The position numbers were made by a program, and so were the translations under genes. The notes under the pieces are model-generated. The model saw nothing but the letters and a program-made list of their open reading frames with translations, was not told the origin of the DNA and did not search any database. This document shows positions 42,301 through 57,300 of a stretch of 64,000 nt of DNA, piece by piece. Source of the stretch: Antedon mediterranea (lineage: Eukaryota > Animalia > Echinodermata); NCBI RefSeq assembly GCF_964355755.1, contig NC_092679.1, forward strand, positions 15,855,432 through 15,919,431, in the 5' to 3' direction. Within the stretch, counting starts at the first letter, position 1; each line of letters begins with the position of its first letter.

Positions 42301-45300
42301 TTATTTTGTTTGGTAAATTATGCTAATTAGTTTCACCTCTCGCATTCAACCAAAATGGCCGTGTTAACTTAATGGCCAAGACAATTTTAGCTTTCAGAGA
42401 AAATTTCCCATTTGTGGACACACATTGCACGACGATGAAGAAGCAATTTAGTAGTGAAAAATTTAGGTCACAGGAATGCAGTAAAGTAAAGTGAAATACG
42501 TGGGAGAAAATATTGAAACATGCTCGACCTATTCTTCACTGCCATGTATGTCATGCTTGTGCTTTACTAGTTGTGTGCCATGTTGGACACTGTTATCCCC
42601 AGTTGTCAATAAAAAACAAGAATAATAATAATAATAATATGGCACATAACAAGTGATGCGCATATAGTGAGTTAAATTAAAAAGATTACTCCACACATAT
42701 TTTATAGTGCACTGCACAAGCATTGTTTCTTTACAAAATATATAAATTAGTGGCGCTTTCGTCCTCGAGTGTCATTTTGGGACCGTAGACAAATGGTGAA
42801 CGTTTAAACAAGACAGTATAGTCTTGATAATGAATAGAATAGTGAATACTTATTATGCTTATATGCATGGATACTGAGTATTCGATTGTATAAATTACTA
42901 TTCTTAGTCCCGAGGTCGATCAAAGTATACTGATAAAAACTACATATATACGTGGTGTATTGCAAACTTTATATCAAAATAATAACCTTATGTTTATCAT
43001 CCCAAAACGGAAGCGTGCTAGTGTTGGAGCTCACAGTCACACCATGCCCAAGACATGCAGATTTGAGAGTAACAGAATGAATAGGTAGCTTAAAAATCAA
43101 CAAATCATATTTTCAACCTTTTCTTTTGTTTAATATTATAATTCTTCTGATCATACTAGATTGAGAGGACAACGTAACTTAAGCGCAACTATCGTTCAAT
43201 CACTGTCTAACATGGATACACCTTTACTTACATTTATTGTCCAATTGTGCTCTGAACTTTTCAAAATCCTTTAAGCGAACCTTCGTTCCAAGACAATCGA
43301 GAAACTCCTCAAATGCGGGACTTCCAAATTCTGGAAGAAAGAAGAAAGTGAACAAAAATTACTAATTACAAAACCTTGAAATCGCACATAAATACAAGCT
43401 CACTGCAAAATATATCTGAAATTTACTTTTACTAATTTGGCATTCCTTCTTCAGTTTTTCTATCCACTTTTAATTAATTTAGTTCAAGTTTTGTTTTGTA
43501 AGAAAATAAACACTGGGTTTGCATTAAAATAATTTGTATGATAAAAAAAAATTCTCATAAAAACAATCCACATAAATTTAAAGACAAAATTTCTATTAAA
43601 AAAACATAATTTAGCTTTAGCAAGCCAGATGGTGAGTTATTAATCATTTTTTTCAAGATATTTTTTTACTATAATTGATAAACACTTTCATTATAGACAT
43701 CAGATGCAAATTCAAAATGAGTTTGGTTTAAAGGTGGCCTAGTTTTTATGATTTGTTGCCTCTATATTATGAATCCAAAAGCAATTTTGAAAAACCTTGA
43801 TAGACTATTATATATAATTTATGTGACATTATTAAAATACTTGCACCATTATTCTATTTTTTTTCATATAATTTAAATTGCATGTATTCATAGTAGTGGA
43901 GCTACTAGCTTACCTTCCAATCCCAGGGTTCAATCCTGACCTAGTGCCAGGGTTGTAACTCACAAATCTTTCTACTCCACTCCCTAAGCCTCGAATGAGA
44001 CTTAGTTTAATAATAAATTATTAAAAAAAAAAAAATTTTTTTATCCATCCTGTAATTTCCCACTGTTCGATGCGTATAAAATAAATGACAAAATAAATAT
44101 ATAAATCCAAAGGCAAATTACTGAAAAAATGACAATGCTGTGGGTAAAAAGTGGCTTGATCTCAATGGAGATACAACAAAAAAAGCAAAAAGCTAAATCA
44201 AAACGATAAGTAAAACAGCCAGAAAAGTTAGCAGAGCTTTCGGGCAACACTATAAATATATATATATATAACTAGCTGTTTATAAAAATTTTTTTTTTTT
44301 TTAAACAATAAATAGTAAAACACACCAACTACAGTAGAAAGAATTTCATTTGGGACACACCATTGGGGCAATTTATTTGTAGTCAGCAGTGGAAATCCAT
44401 ATTTAGGAGACATTTTGTTGGGTTGAAAGGTGTCTCTTTAGTAGGGTTCCCCTTTAGTAGAGCTACCCGTTAGTAGAGCTTTCCCTTAGTAGAGATTCCC
44501 CTTAGTATGGCTTCCCATAAAATAGTACGCTTCCTCTTAGTAGACTACTAGGACTTCCCCTTAATGGAAGTTCTCCTTAGTAGAGCCTTCCCTTATTATG
44601 GCTTCTCCTTAGTAGAGCTTCCTCTAGACTACTAGGGCTTCCCCTTAATAGAGGTTCTCCTTAGTAGAGCTTCCCTTTAGTATGGCTTTCCCTAATAGTA
44701 CAGCCTCCCCTTAGTATGGCTTTCCCTTTAGTACAGCCTCCCCTTAGTATGGCTTTCCCTAATAGTACAGCTTCCCCTTAGTATGGCTTTCCCTTTAGTA
44801 CAGCTTCCCCTTAGTATGGCTTTCCCTAATAGTACAGCCTCCCCTTAGTATGGCTTTCCCTTTAGTACAGCCTCCCTTTAGTATGGCTTTCCCTTTAGTA
44901 CAGCCTCCCTTTAGTATGGCTTTCCCTTCAGTACAGCTTCCCCTTAGTATGGCTTTCCCTTTAGTACAGCTTCCCCTTAGTATGGCTTTCCCTAATAGTA
45001 CAGCCTCCCCTTAGTATGGCTTTCCCTTTAGTACAGCTTCCCCTTAGTATGGCTTTCCCTTTAGTACAGCTTCCCCTTAGTATGGCTTTCCCTTTAGTAC
45101 AGCTTCCCCTTAGTATGGCTTTCCCTTTAGTACAGCCTCCCTTTAGTATGGCTTTCCCTTAGTACAGCTTCCCCTTAGTATGGCTTTCCCTTCAGTACAG
45201 CTTCCCCTTAGTATGGCTTTCCCTTCAGTACAGCTTCCCCTTAGTATGGCTTTCCCTAATAATACAGCCTCCCCTTAGTATGGCTTTCCCTAATAGTACA

Positions 45301-48300
45301 GCCTCCCCTTAGTATGGCTTTCCCTTTAGTACAGCTTCCCCTTTGTATGGCTTTCCCTAATAATACAGCCTCCCCTTAGTATGGCTTTCCCTTTAGTACA
45401 GCCTCCCCTTAGTATGGCTTTCCCTTCAGTACAGCTTCCCCTTAGTATGGCTTTCCCTAATAGTACAGCTTCCCCTTAGTATGGCTTTCCCTTTAGTACA
45501 GCTTCCCCTTAGTATGGCTTTCCCTAATAATACAGCCTCCCCTTAGTATGGCTTTCCCTTTAGTACAGCTTCCCCTTAGTATGGCTTTCCCTAATAATAC
45601 AGCCTCCCCTTAGTATGGCTTTCCCTTTAGTACAGCTTCCCCTTAGTATGGCTTTCCCTAATAGTACAGCCTCCCTTTAGTATGGCTTTCCCTAATAGTA
45701 CAGCCTCCCCTTAGTATGGCTTTCCCTAATAGTACAGCCTCCCCTTAGTATGGCTTTCCCTAATAGTACAGCCTCCCCTTAGTATGGCTTTCCCTAATAG
45801 TACAGCCTCCCCTTAGTATGGCTTTCCCTAATAGTACAGCCTCCCCTTAGTATGGCTTTCCCTTCAGTACAGCTTCCCCTTAGTATGGCTTTCCCTAATA
45901 GTACAGCTTCCCCTTAGTATGGCTTTCCCTTTAGTACAGCTTCCCCTTAGTATGGCTTTCCCTAATAATACAGCCTCCCCTTAGTATGGCTTTCCCTTTA
46001 GTACAGCTTCCCCTTAGTATGGCTTTCCCTAATAATACAGCCTCCCCTTAGTATGGCTTTCCCTTTAGTATGGCTTTCCCTTCAGTACAGCTTCCCCTTA
46101 GTATGGCTTTCCCTTAGTACGGCTTCCCCTATGGCTTTAACTGTATTCAAGAAAACATTAAATATGGACATTACCATTATTGTACATTTCTTCCTCTGTA
46201 TTCTGCTCTGCTTTGCAAAACAAAATTCCAATTTTATATTTCTTGCTTATCTGAAAAAACACACAAGATATTTTGTTTATTTTACTTAAATAAATATCAA
46301 AACATTAATCAAAGTACTAGATATGACATAAAATCAAAAAATAATAGTTAATAATATTGATAAGGATTTATTAAAGTATGTTCCAGGATTTTTTAAATGG
46401 GGAGCAAAATAATCTGTCAAAAATAGATTTAGATCTAAATAGTTAAAGATGTATTTTTACCCAAAAACATGAAAATTGAAGATTAATATATCCCTAACCA
46501 TTGTCTGACAGACAATTTAAGTATTGGTTGCTTTAAATTACATTTTTTTCAGGTAAATAATTTTTTTATTCCAGTTTTTGGTAAAAGTGAATAACTATTA
46601 GGTGACATTACATTGGCATATTCAACAACAAACTTGAAAAAATATTCAAGAGGAACAATATATCTTTAATAATTCATGTTAGCTGTTAGTGTCAAGGAGC
46701 ACTGTGCATACTAGCCATTTTTATAGCCTTTTTTACAACAAATTATGGCAAAAAACAGTGAAAATTAAATAAAGTTTTTATTTCCTATTATAAAATAACA
46801 CCAATAATTATTTGTCAGCGAGAGATCAGGTTTATGTAATACATACGATACATTTGTATATAATATTCAGCTTCATGAATTATATTACTGGTTTAATAGG
46901 ACTGACGGAAAAACAATTAGCATCATATTACAATCTATCAAAACAATAAAAAATTTAAAAGGCATTGCTGCTGTAACTGTCAGAAACATGATTTTTTCTT
47001 TTAGAAATTCAATTTACGCAGCTTAGAGGGCTTAGAAAATCATTACCCAACGCTCAACAGCTTAATTTCCAATTTAGAGGACAAGCAGTCGTCCTAAAGG
47101 TTATGATATTTAAATATTTTCATAGTGCGGTTTACATCCTCTTATAAGTTAAGTAAGGAGGGTGCGTCGTGATAGGTTTTAGGGTATCAGGGATTATAAT
47201 ATCATTTAAGTATGAGTCACTGACATAAGATATACATTATGATGGTAACTATATGAGCAAAAAAGATTTTACGTATATTTACATATATATTACGAATAAT
47301 GTTAATAATTAAAGGATGTTTGGACGAATAGGCACATAATAGTATTACTTTATATGATCAAATACAATTCATTATTTGAATATAATTTTAACTTTCACAG
47401 AATTCAAACCTAATTTTCCTTAAATTCGATACTCTTTCATACATACGGTTTTATAATGCATGGTATAATACACGCGTAGACCAAGTTTATAACACGTTGC
47501 CATACACATACCATCCACCGAACAAATGCTAAATATACACATGGTTACACTGTCGTACATGGCCTGACAAAAATGCCCTGCTACACACATTGCTACAATT
47601 TCACACATGGCCTGCTACACTGTCATACATGGACATGACCAGCTACACTGTCACACATGGCCAGCTACACTGTCACACATGGCCTGATACACTGTCATAC
47701 ATGGACATGACCAGCTACACTGTCACACATGGCCTGCTACACTGTCATACATGGACATGGCCTGCTACACTCTAACACATGGCCTGCTACACTTTAAAAC
47801 ATGGCCTGCGACACTGTCATACATGGACATGGCCTGCGACACTGTCATACATGGACATGGCCTGCTACACTGTCACACATAACCTGCTACACTGTCATAC
47901 ATGCACATGGCCTGCTACACTGTCACACATGGCCTGCTACAGTCATATATGCACATGGCCTGCTACACTGTCACACATGGCCTGCTACACTGTCATACAT
48001 GGACATGGCCTGCTACACTGTCATACATGGACATGGCCTGCTACACTGTCATACATGGCTTGCTACACCGTCATACATGGCCTGCTACACTGTCATACAT
48101 GGACATGGCCTGCTACCCTGTCATACATGGCCTGCTACACCGTCACACATGGCCTGCTACACTGTAACACATGGCCTGCTACGCTGTCACACACATGGCC
48201 TGCTACAATGTCACACAGGCCTGCTACACTGCCATGCATGGCCTGCTACACAAATGGCCTGCTACAAGTACACACACGGCCTGCTATAAAACTGGATACA

Positions 48301-51300
48301 GACATGGTCCACTGCACTACATAAGGCTTGATTTAAATAAACCCTTTAGTATTCAATCAAGAATTTCAAAAGAAAGCCATTATAAATATTGAAATATTAG
48401 AATAATCATTTTGAAAAAAACCAAATACTATAAATGTAGTGATGATTGAAGAGCATATTCATTGTAAGAAAAAATGTGTGTAAATTGGAAGTTGAGCATT
48501 TGTTGTTAAAACTAGATGTTGTAATGTGTAAAAAGGTAGAACACAATTTATACACGTACTGCCTGTTCATCAATCTTCATTAAGTTGTCTATCATCTTCG
48601 GTGCGTTGGTTGCGAGTCTTAAACACGACAAATTAACGTCCGGTATAATAAATTCTAATATATCACGATGTGGTAGACTCCGTGATGTGTTGTGTTTCGA
48701 TGAAGAGGGAATCAATTCTTCTGATACACTTCCTCGCAAAACGGTAAGCTGAAACGAATAATGATTTTTGTGGGTAATGGAAAAAAAACCCAAAAATTCT
48801 AAATATAAATGAAAACTGTAAATCTACTGTACAGGTATATACTGAATATATACAAATAATGCGATTATTTTCATGGAGTTATGCTTTCGTATCGTAAGCA
48901 ATGACATATTATAATTAGCGTTGTAACAGCAAAGTGTTCGGACACACTTATCTAATGCTTTCGTTGGAAACTAAAGTGTCACCAATTTGGGCAAACATGG
49001 TATGCAGGAGTAAATTTGATTAGTTGGAGGTAAAAATCGTTGATGCAAGACTTTCGTATCGTACCTTGAGCTGTTGTGACGAACGAAAGATCAGTGTCAT
49101 AAAAGGTGGCTTCCACTAAACTTTTCCTGGATCAGACCTATGGAGTTGTATGCCGCGTATGATACAAAAGCATAACTCTGTAGGTCTGAACAGGTCCAAA
49201 GATTTACTGTTCTACTCAACAAAAAAGTGAATTAGCAGCTGTGGTAGAATCTCGAGATTCCTTTACCGTATGTAACAAATAATTTGGATCATTTTGTTAC
49301 ATTTGTACGTGTAATAGTAGAATATCAATATTTTAAGTGCAAGTGATTGACTTACTTCACTTGTTCTGACAATAACCCTATATTGATAGTGTGTTGTTTC
49401 CTTATTATCTGTTGAGTTGTCTTCCTCTTCTAGTTTTTCTCGCTTAATACTGATTGCCAATGGTCCAAGTTGATCATCAATACCCAAATAGTTATGATGC
49501 TCTACAAAATAAGAATATAAAAATATGATGGCTATAAAGCAAATCATTTTGATTTCCATGAAAAATATTGAATTACAAGGCATATAATCGACAAACAATA
49601 AAAAGCTTTATATTTGTGATGCTTGTGTGCACTTTAAAGAACCTAGTACATCCTTCGAGACGAGTAGGGGGTTACTCCGGTGTACTAGTTCACACACACT
49701 GTCGTGGACAGACGTAATGGCGTCGTAGTTGGGTGCCTACAGTATGACACAATGGGAGAAGAATGTTGTTGACAGGGTGTAACATCTAAGTCCACAGCGC
49801 TCTGATCTTAAAATAGCGCTATGTAAATGTTGCATTATATATAATATCCATCCAAAGGCAAATAACTGAAAAAAATGACAGTGCTGTGGGTATCAGAGGC
49901 TGGATCTCAATGGAGATACACAAAAAAAGCGAAAAGCTAAATCAAAACGATAAGTCAGAAAAGTTAGCAGAGCTTTCAGGCAACACTAGCCCTTTATCAG
50001 TGCAAGTGAAGGAATTTGGATAACGTCAATGTCGCATTATATATACTATATGACAACCAACAACCTAGGAGCAAGGCAATCTAACAACAGGACACTGAAC
50101 TTGCCTTTCCAAAATAGGAACTTGAAAGTCCTTTGATCTTATGTCTGGCTGCTACAAATACCAACATTACTGTATACTACTATGTACATATTGTCTGTGG
50201 CACGAGGCGTATGTTATTAGGGGTGTGGAACTGATTGTGTTGCAGCCAGTCATCGCCTAGATCTAGGAATTACCATAGATGATGTATTTTGGTTCTCAGA
50301 ATTCAAATAAAAAAAAATTACTAGGCATATAACATAAATGATGAACAAATTGTCAAATACATTAACCTAGATAATCCGAAATAGAGCAATGATGTATGTA
50401 TAAAACAGCCACAAAATATGCAATTAACAATATATTACATTTTTATGGGCAATATAAAAGCATAGTACTAAAAATTACTGGCGCTTTCTATACATGATTT
50501 AGGTCGTCAATCAAGTTTTGCATTTATTATATTGCTATAAGTAAAATTTCTCTCAGGATGTAAACTAGTCCTAAAACAAACCCTTAATGCCCGTCTCAAA
50601 TATAAGCAAACTCTTTAATTTAAACTCACTTTATTATGAATAAAACTCCCATTACAGTATAACACTTACTCTCTGTATACAGTACTAAAAATCCAATCTC
50701 AAAGCCCACCTCAAATATAAAAGCCCACTATCAAATCTACAGTATACGTTATAATTTTGATGCAAACTGTAGGTAACCTGCTAATGTAACTGACGGTCAC
50801 TGTAGCATTATCTATATTAAAAGAACCATGACTACAAGTACAACATTCATAATGCATCTGTCATTCCATGTTTTAACATTTACCACAGACATGAAATGAA
50901 TGCCTCATTTTCTTTATACACAACGCAATATTCTGAGAATAAATACTGTAGAATCGTCCTGACACAGTTTACAACGCAACCTCGACGGACATATCCAATA
51001 AACTGACGAAGGCATTGCTCATGGCGACAGAGTTTACAGATTTTATTGCAGTTGGCCATAAAAGAATGCATTTCATATCCTCATATCCATACATTTTAAG
51101 GCTATAAATCAATTCTACTACTTGTTCAGAAAGGATGCAGGCATATATTTGTACTAGGCCTAGGCAAAAGTTTGCATTACGACGACCCATCAAAAGCCCT
51201 TACAGTACAACTTCTTCTTTTCTTCTACAGTACTTCCATCACAAGTATAAAGTTCTTACCCTAGGCCTAACGTTCTTACCCTAAGCCTAAAGTTCTTACC

Positions 51301-54300
51301 CTAGGCCTAACGTTCTTACCCTAGGCCTAAAGTTCTTTCACAAGGCCTAAAGTTCTTTCACAAGGCCTAACGTTCTTACCCTAGGCCTAAAGTTCTTACA
51401 CAAGGTCTATCAAAGTTCTTAAACAAGGCCTAAAGTTCCTAAACTCAGCCTAAAGTTCTATTACCGTACTAGGACTAAACTAAACAGTCTACATGTACAG
51501 AAAATAGTTCCTCTATACTCTGTCAATATTATTCCAATGGCAAGATAAATTTACACCATCTGGCCAACTTTATAAAATGATTGGTAGGTTTTTAAAAGGA
51601 CAGTGTAACACTTTCCCTTGAGTTTATTAAGCCAGCAGAATAAATTGTTTTGAGGTTTTACTCTGAAGCTAATTTGGACCAGTGTTCTACAGTATTTGAT
51701 TTACTGACCTCTAATGAAATGAATGTCAATCAACACGTGTGATTGCATAGGTAATTTGAGGTATGATATAGCCTAATTTTTGTCACCTTCTACCTATTAG
51801 AATTGATAAATAGGTGCTGGTGGTAAGGTCATCTCTCCATACATTTCAACACTTCTAACTGAAAGAATGGAGTTATTTACATGTAGCTAATTCTCATCAA
51901 ACCACATACTTATACTGTGAAGCCCCATTTCCTACGTTGTTTTTAAGATCTAATTAGTCACAAACTATATTTATGTAAAAATAAATACTATGGTCCTATT
52001 GCGATATCTTCGTTCGTCTTTAAACGGTAAAAATGTGAAAAATAAGTCGATTCTAATAAACAGCCCGATATAAATCCCAACATGCATTGCGTGCGGATTG
52101 ATATTTTCTTTTTGGCCAATCCTACTGTACCTGTACCAACATTCCAATAGTTCAGCTTACAAGACCGACTTTCACCAACAACTGGATTTTCTTACAATTA
52201 TTAAAAGCTTACTACATTGGAATTCCTGATTTTTAAGGGTCAGAGATTAACAGGAAAGAATGGCTAACTACAAACTGGTCATAAAGTTGAAATGAAACTA
52301 AACAAGTGGTGAGAACAAAACCAATGGGTATTTAATTGGCTAAACAAAAATATCTAAATCGGAATATGGAGAGTGGATAATGTATGATGCTTTATTTAAT
52401 AAATCTAATTAGTCACCATGATTCGATCGGAGTAAGACGCTTACACAACGAGCTCCTGAAACGCACTACTTAGCATACTAATTTTCTCTAGGCCAATCAC
52501 GACAAGCCATGTCACGATCTACACGAGCAAATACCAAGCCCGCTGAATTCGAAAGCGAAGACCAGCTATCGTTTGAATCGTTTGTTAAAAAAAAACTTGA
52601 ATCGATTTTAAAAGGCCAAGAATCTAATAAAGCTGAGCTTTACGAAGCAATATCGTTTAATTCTGCTAGAATAGATGCCCTTGAAGATGAAAACAAGGAA
52701 ATAAAAACGACTGTCACAGAGCTGACAACAACAGTTGCTAATTTACAAGGTAGTACAACTGACCTGTTGGCAAAAATTAACAAGACGGAACGCTTTTCTC
52801 GTCGTAATAACGTAAGAATTGTTGGTGTGGAAGAGAACACAAAAGAAAACTGTAAGTTAATCTTTGAGAACATTCTTTCCGATTTTTTCACACTCGATCC
52901 CAGGCCAACAATCGAACGGGCCCACCGAGATGGTAAAAGTATGAACGGCAAGCCAAGGCATATCATTGCCCGTTTTCTCTCATACGCTTCTAAGATTGAA
53001 GTTATGAAACAACGAAGTTCTGCGCTAGATAGCCAGAAATTTTATATCATAGATGATCTTATTGCTGCCGATCTACTGGAAAAAAAGAAATGGAGATCAC
53101 AAGTAAAAGAGATGTACAATAAAGGTACCAAGCTTCGTTTTACGGCTGGAAAATGGCGAAATTCAACTGGCATTCCGGTAAACTTTTCGAAATTCCATTG
53201 AAATAGTTCCGGTAAACTTTTCGAAATTCCATTGCCATACTAGTGATCGGAATGTTGTTGTAAACACTTGGACTGTCTAAGAAGCATTTCTTCTTTACAA
53301 ATTCAATCCATTATTAATTTTACAACAGACTAAGAATCTTTTATCCATTATTTTCCTTACATCTGCATACTTTGCTTAATTTGTATAAGCCTCTTGATTG
53401 ATTTTACATAATAATTTTACAATAGCGTTTTCAGGAGTCTGTTCTCACATAATTGCATTGTCATAAGATGTTTAAACCACTTAAAACCATTTATTCACCT
53501 TTGTTTTATTGTTACCCCCCAATTCTTAACTTGCTTCTTTATATTTACGTTCTTGTACTTTTCTGTTTTTACGTAACATTACCAGGCATCTTTTATTACA
53601 TACTATTGAATAAACTGATCACATTATGTATCGTTAGATATTCTCATGGACCCTTTTGACAATATAGATGCATTCCCATTTAATCACATTATTGATAATG
53701 ATGAATTCTTGCATGTCATTCACTATTACTTTTGTGACGATAGAATTGACTTTGATAGATTTAATTCTTTAATTTTTAACCCTTTTGATATTAATTTTAA
53801 AGATGTTATTAATGACAACGATGCCCAATTATTTTCCGAAAATATTGAATCTTGTGCCTATGAATATATTGATAGTCTTAACAACAAATATTCAACCCAA
53901 GATTATTCATTTAGTATCTTTCACTTAAACGCACGCAGTCTTGTTAAACATTTTAACGATATCAATGTATGCGTAGGTGCTATTAACCATGAATTCTCAG
54001 CACTATGCTTCACCGAAACTTTTTTTAATCATAATACGCCTTTTTCCTTTTATAATATTCCCAATTATAACCTCTTGCATGTTTCACGAGCTGATAGACC
54101 AGGAGGAGGCGTTGCCATTTACCTACACCAGAGATTTAAATATATTCTTCGCCCTGATTTATCATTTATCATTACTAATGGTTCGGAATCTCTTTTCATT
54201 GAAATCGATGCACAACCCAAAAACATAATCCTTGGAGTAGTATATCGTTTGCCTGAATTATCCATTAACACATTTAATAAAGATATCTCTAATTTAATTG

Positions 54301-57300
54301 ACACCATTAATAATGAGAAAAAAACAGCATATATTTCAGGAGACTTTAATATTAACTTGTTAAATTCCAAAACACATAAAGGTACTTCTGATTTTGTTAA
54401 TACTTTATTTCAATCAAATTATTATCCTCTTATTACTAGGCCAACTAGAATTACGCGTAATTCTGCAACTTTAATCGACAATATTTTTTGTAATAATCTA
54501 TATGATAACATTTCTTCCGGAATTCTATATTCGGACATCTCGGATCACTTTCCTGTTTTCTTGTTAGTACATAAATCAGAACCTCTCCAACACCTGAAAC
54601 CTAAATCAAAATATATATACATAAAAAAAGTCAATGATATTTCAATTTCTGCCTTAAGTAATGATTTGTCAAATGTTGACTGGACTAGTATTTATAACTC
54701 CAATGAACCCAATGAGGCATACGCTTTATTCAACGACATATTTAGTACATTATATAATAACAACATTAAAACCACTCGTTCCAGACGCAATATTCGGAAA
54801 GAAAAAAAACCTTGGATAACTAAATGCTTAATTAAATCTATCGACAAAAAACACAAATTATATAAAACATTTCTTATATCTAAAAAGCAAAAGGACAAAG
54901 ATAAATATGTTAAATATCGAAATGTACTTACCAAAATCCTTCGTACTGCCCAAAAGAATTACTTCAGTGACAAATTTGAATTCCATAAAAATAACATCCA
55001 AAAAACCTGGCAAACAATAAATGGAGTCCTTGGCAAGAAATCTCGTAAACCGTTTCCTTCTCACTTTATTAACAATGACATTGAATTAAAGCCCCATTCC
55101 CTACGTTTTTTAGATCTAATTTAAGATCACAAACTATATTTAATGTAAAAATAATACTATATGGTCCTATTGCGATAACTTTTTTCGTCTTTAAACTGTT
55201 AAAAATGTGAAAAATAAGTCGATTCTAATAATTATAGCGGCCCGCTATAAATCCCAAAATGCATTGCGCGCGGATTGATATTTTTGTTTTTCACCTGTAA
55301 TTCGCCCACTTTTCGATCGATCGTGAGGCCAAAACAAATGGAAGACTCCTAACTTTTCAGCGAAAATACCGGGTTTTCCCCAATTTGTATCAACGGAGTC
55401 TGGCAAAAATAGAAAGACAATTAATGCAGCAACTATACAACGTCAGGCTAGGTATATAGCTCGCGTACGATGTTCGTACGTTACCGATGTTTACCAGCTA
55501 GGCCTACAAAACTAAGCCTAGCTAGGCTAGGCCTAAGACCGTCCACGAGAGGTCGATCGCCGCGAGCTACTTAGGTAGTGCATTGTTTCTCACTTTTTAT
55601 CATAATTTACCATAAAACGTACATTTAAGACAAGAAATGACATGGTTTAATGTTTTTAAAGTGATATATATGTATTATTTTCCAAAAAACGTCCAAAATT
55701 GCAGGGAAGGGGTCTTTAAATAATCCTCAACAAATTGCAACTGAATTCAATAATTATTTTACTAGTATAGGGCCAAATTTAGTTAACAAAATACATGTGT
55801 CGGATAATGATAATTATACTTCTACCCTACCTCGTCCATGTGTGCACTCTCTCTTTCTTAGTCCTGTAACCGAACATGAAGTTGTCAGTATAATACTTTC
55901 CCTCAAAGATAATAAATCTCCTGGGTTTGATGGGTTTTCCAATAAAATTATTAAACGTGTTTCTAATTTTATATGCAAACCCTTAACTCACATTTTTAAT
56001 ACTTCTTTTCAAACCGGTATTTTTCCTGATTCTTTTAAAATAGCTAAAGTCATCCCTATCTACAAGAAAGAAGATCCTCATCATTTCAATAACTACAGAC
56101 CAATCTCCCTACTTCCTTGTTTCTCAAAATTAATTGAAAAAATAATGCATAATCGAATTTCTTCCTTTTTAACTAAACATAACATTTTATTTAAAGGCCA
56201 ATATGGTTTCAGGAAAAAGTATTCAACAGATCTTGCTTTATTAGATATTTTTGACAAAATTACAATTGCCCTGAGTAAAAATGAGTTTTCTGTTGGCATT
56301 TTCCTTGATTTATCTAAGGCCTTCGATACTATTAACCACGATATTTTAATTCATAAACTTTCAAATTACGGTATCAGAGGCCTTCCTTTAAAACTAATTA
56401 AAAGCTACCTTTCCAATCGTGTTCAGTTTACTTCCTTAAATAATTTTAACTCTTCCTATTCCCGTTTAACCTGTGGTGTTCCCCAAGGATCGATTCTTGG
56501 ACCACTCTTATTCCTGATTTTTGTTAACGATATACCAAACAGCTCTAAATTACTAAATTTTATCTTATTTGCTGACGACACAAATATTTTTTTCTCTCAT
56601 CCTAAATTAAATACCTTGTTTAAAATTGTCAATGATGAGTTACTTAAAGTTTCAAATTGGCTCAAACACAATAAATTAACTCTTAATACATTCAAAACGA
56701 ACTATATAATATTTTCTAAACGTAAAATTTCAAATTCTTTAAATGAACAAATATACATTGATAATAAAATGATCAAACGAGTTAATGAAACCCAATTTTT
56801 AGGAGTAACCATAGATGCCTCTCTGACTTGGAAACTACATATAAATAAAATCAGTAATCTAGTTTCTAGAAATGTTGGAATATTGAACAAATTAAAACAT
56901 ATCTTCCCTCAAAAAACCTTATTAACCCTTTATAATACTTTAGTTTTGCCTTACCTTTCTTATGCCAATTTATGTTGGGCAATTACTCTAGATAAATTTA
57001 ATACGTTATGCCCCTGGACAAGTCTAGAGAAAACTCAAATTGACCGCCTTTTTAAACTACAAAAACGTGCACTTCGGATTTGCGCGGGAGAATCATTTAG
57101 AGCCCATACAAAATTACTTTTTAAAAAATTTAACGTTTTAAACATTTATGATTTAAATAAATTACAAGTTGCCTCATTTATGTACCGTTTATCTAACAAT
57201 TTACTGCCTTCACATTTTAATGCTTTATTTACAAGAATTGACGAACGCCATTCCTATAAAACCCGATCCTCTGTTAACAATTATATCCTTGATAATTTAA

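Noticed and set aside
44680-46135. CRISPR-like 33-bp repeats
   Set aside because: Pure tandem satellite without spacers.
47590-48392. His/Cys-rich ORFs in three frames (possible metal-binding protein)
   Set aside because: Artefact of a stop-free 22/28-bp minisatellite; unit lengths are not multiples of three.
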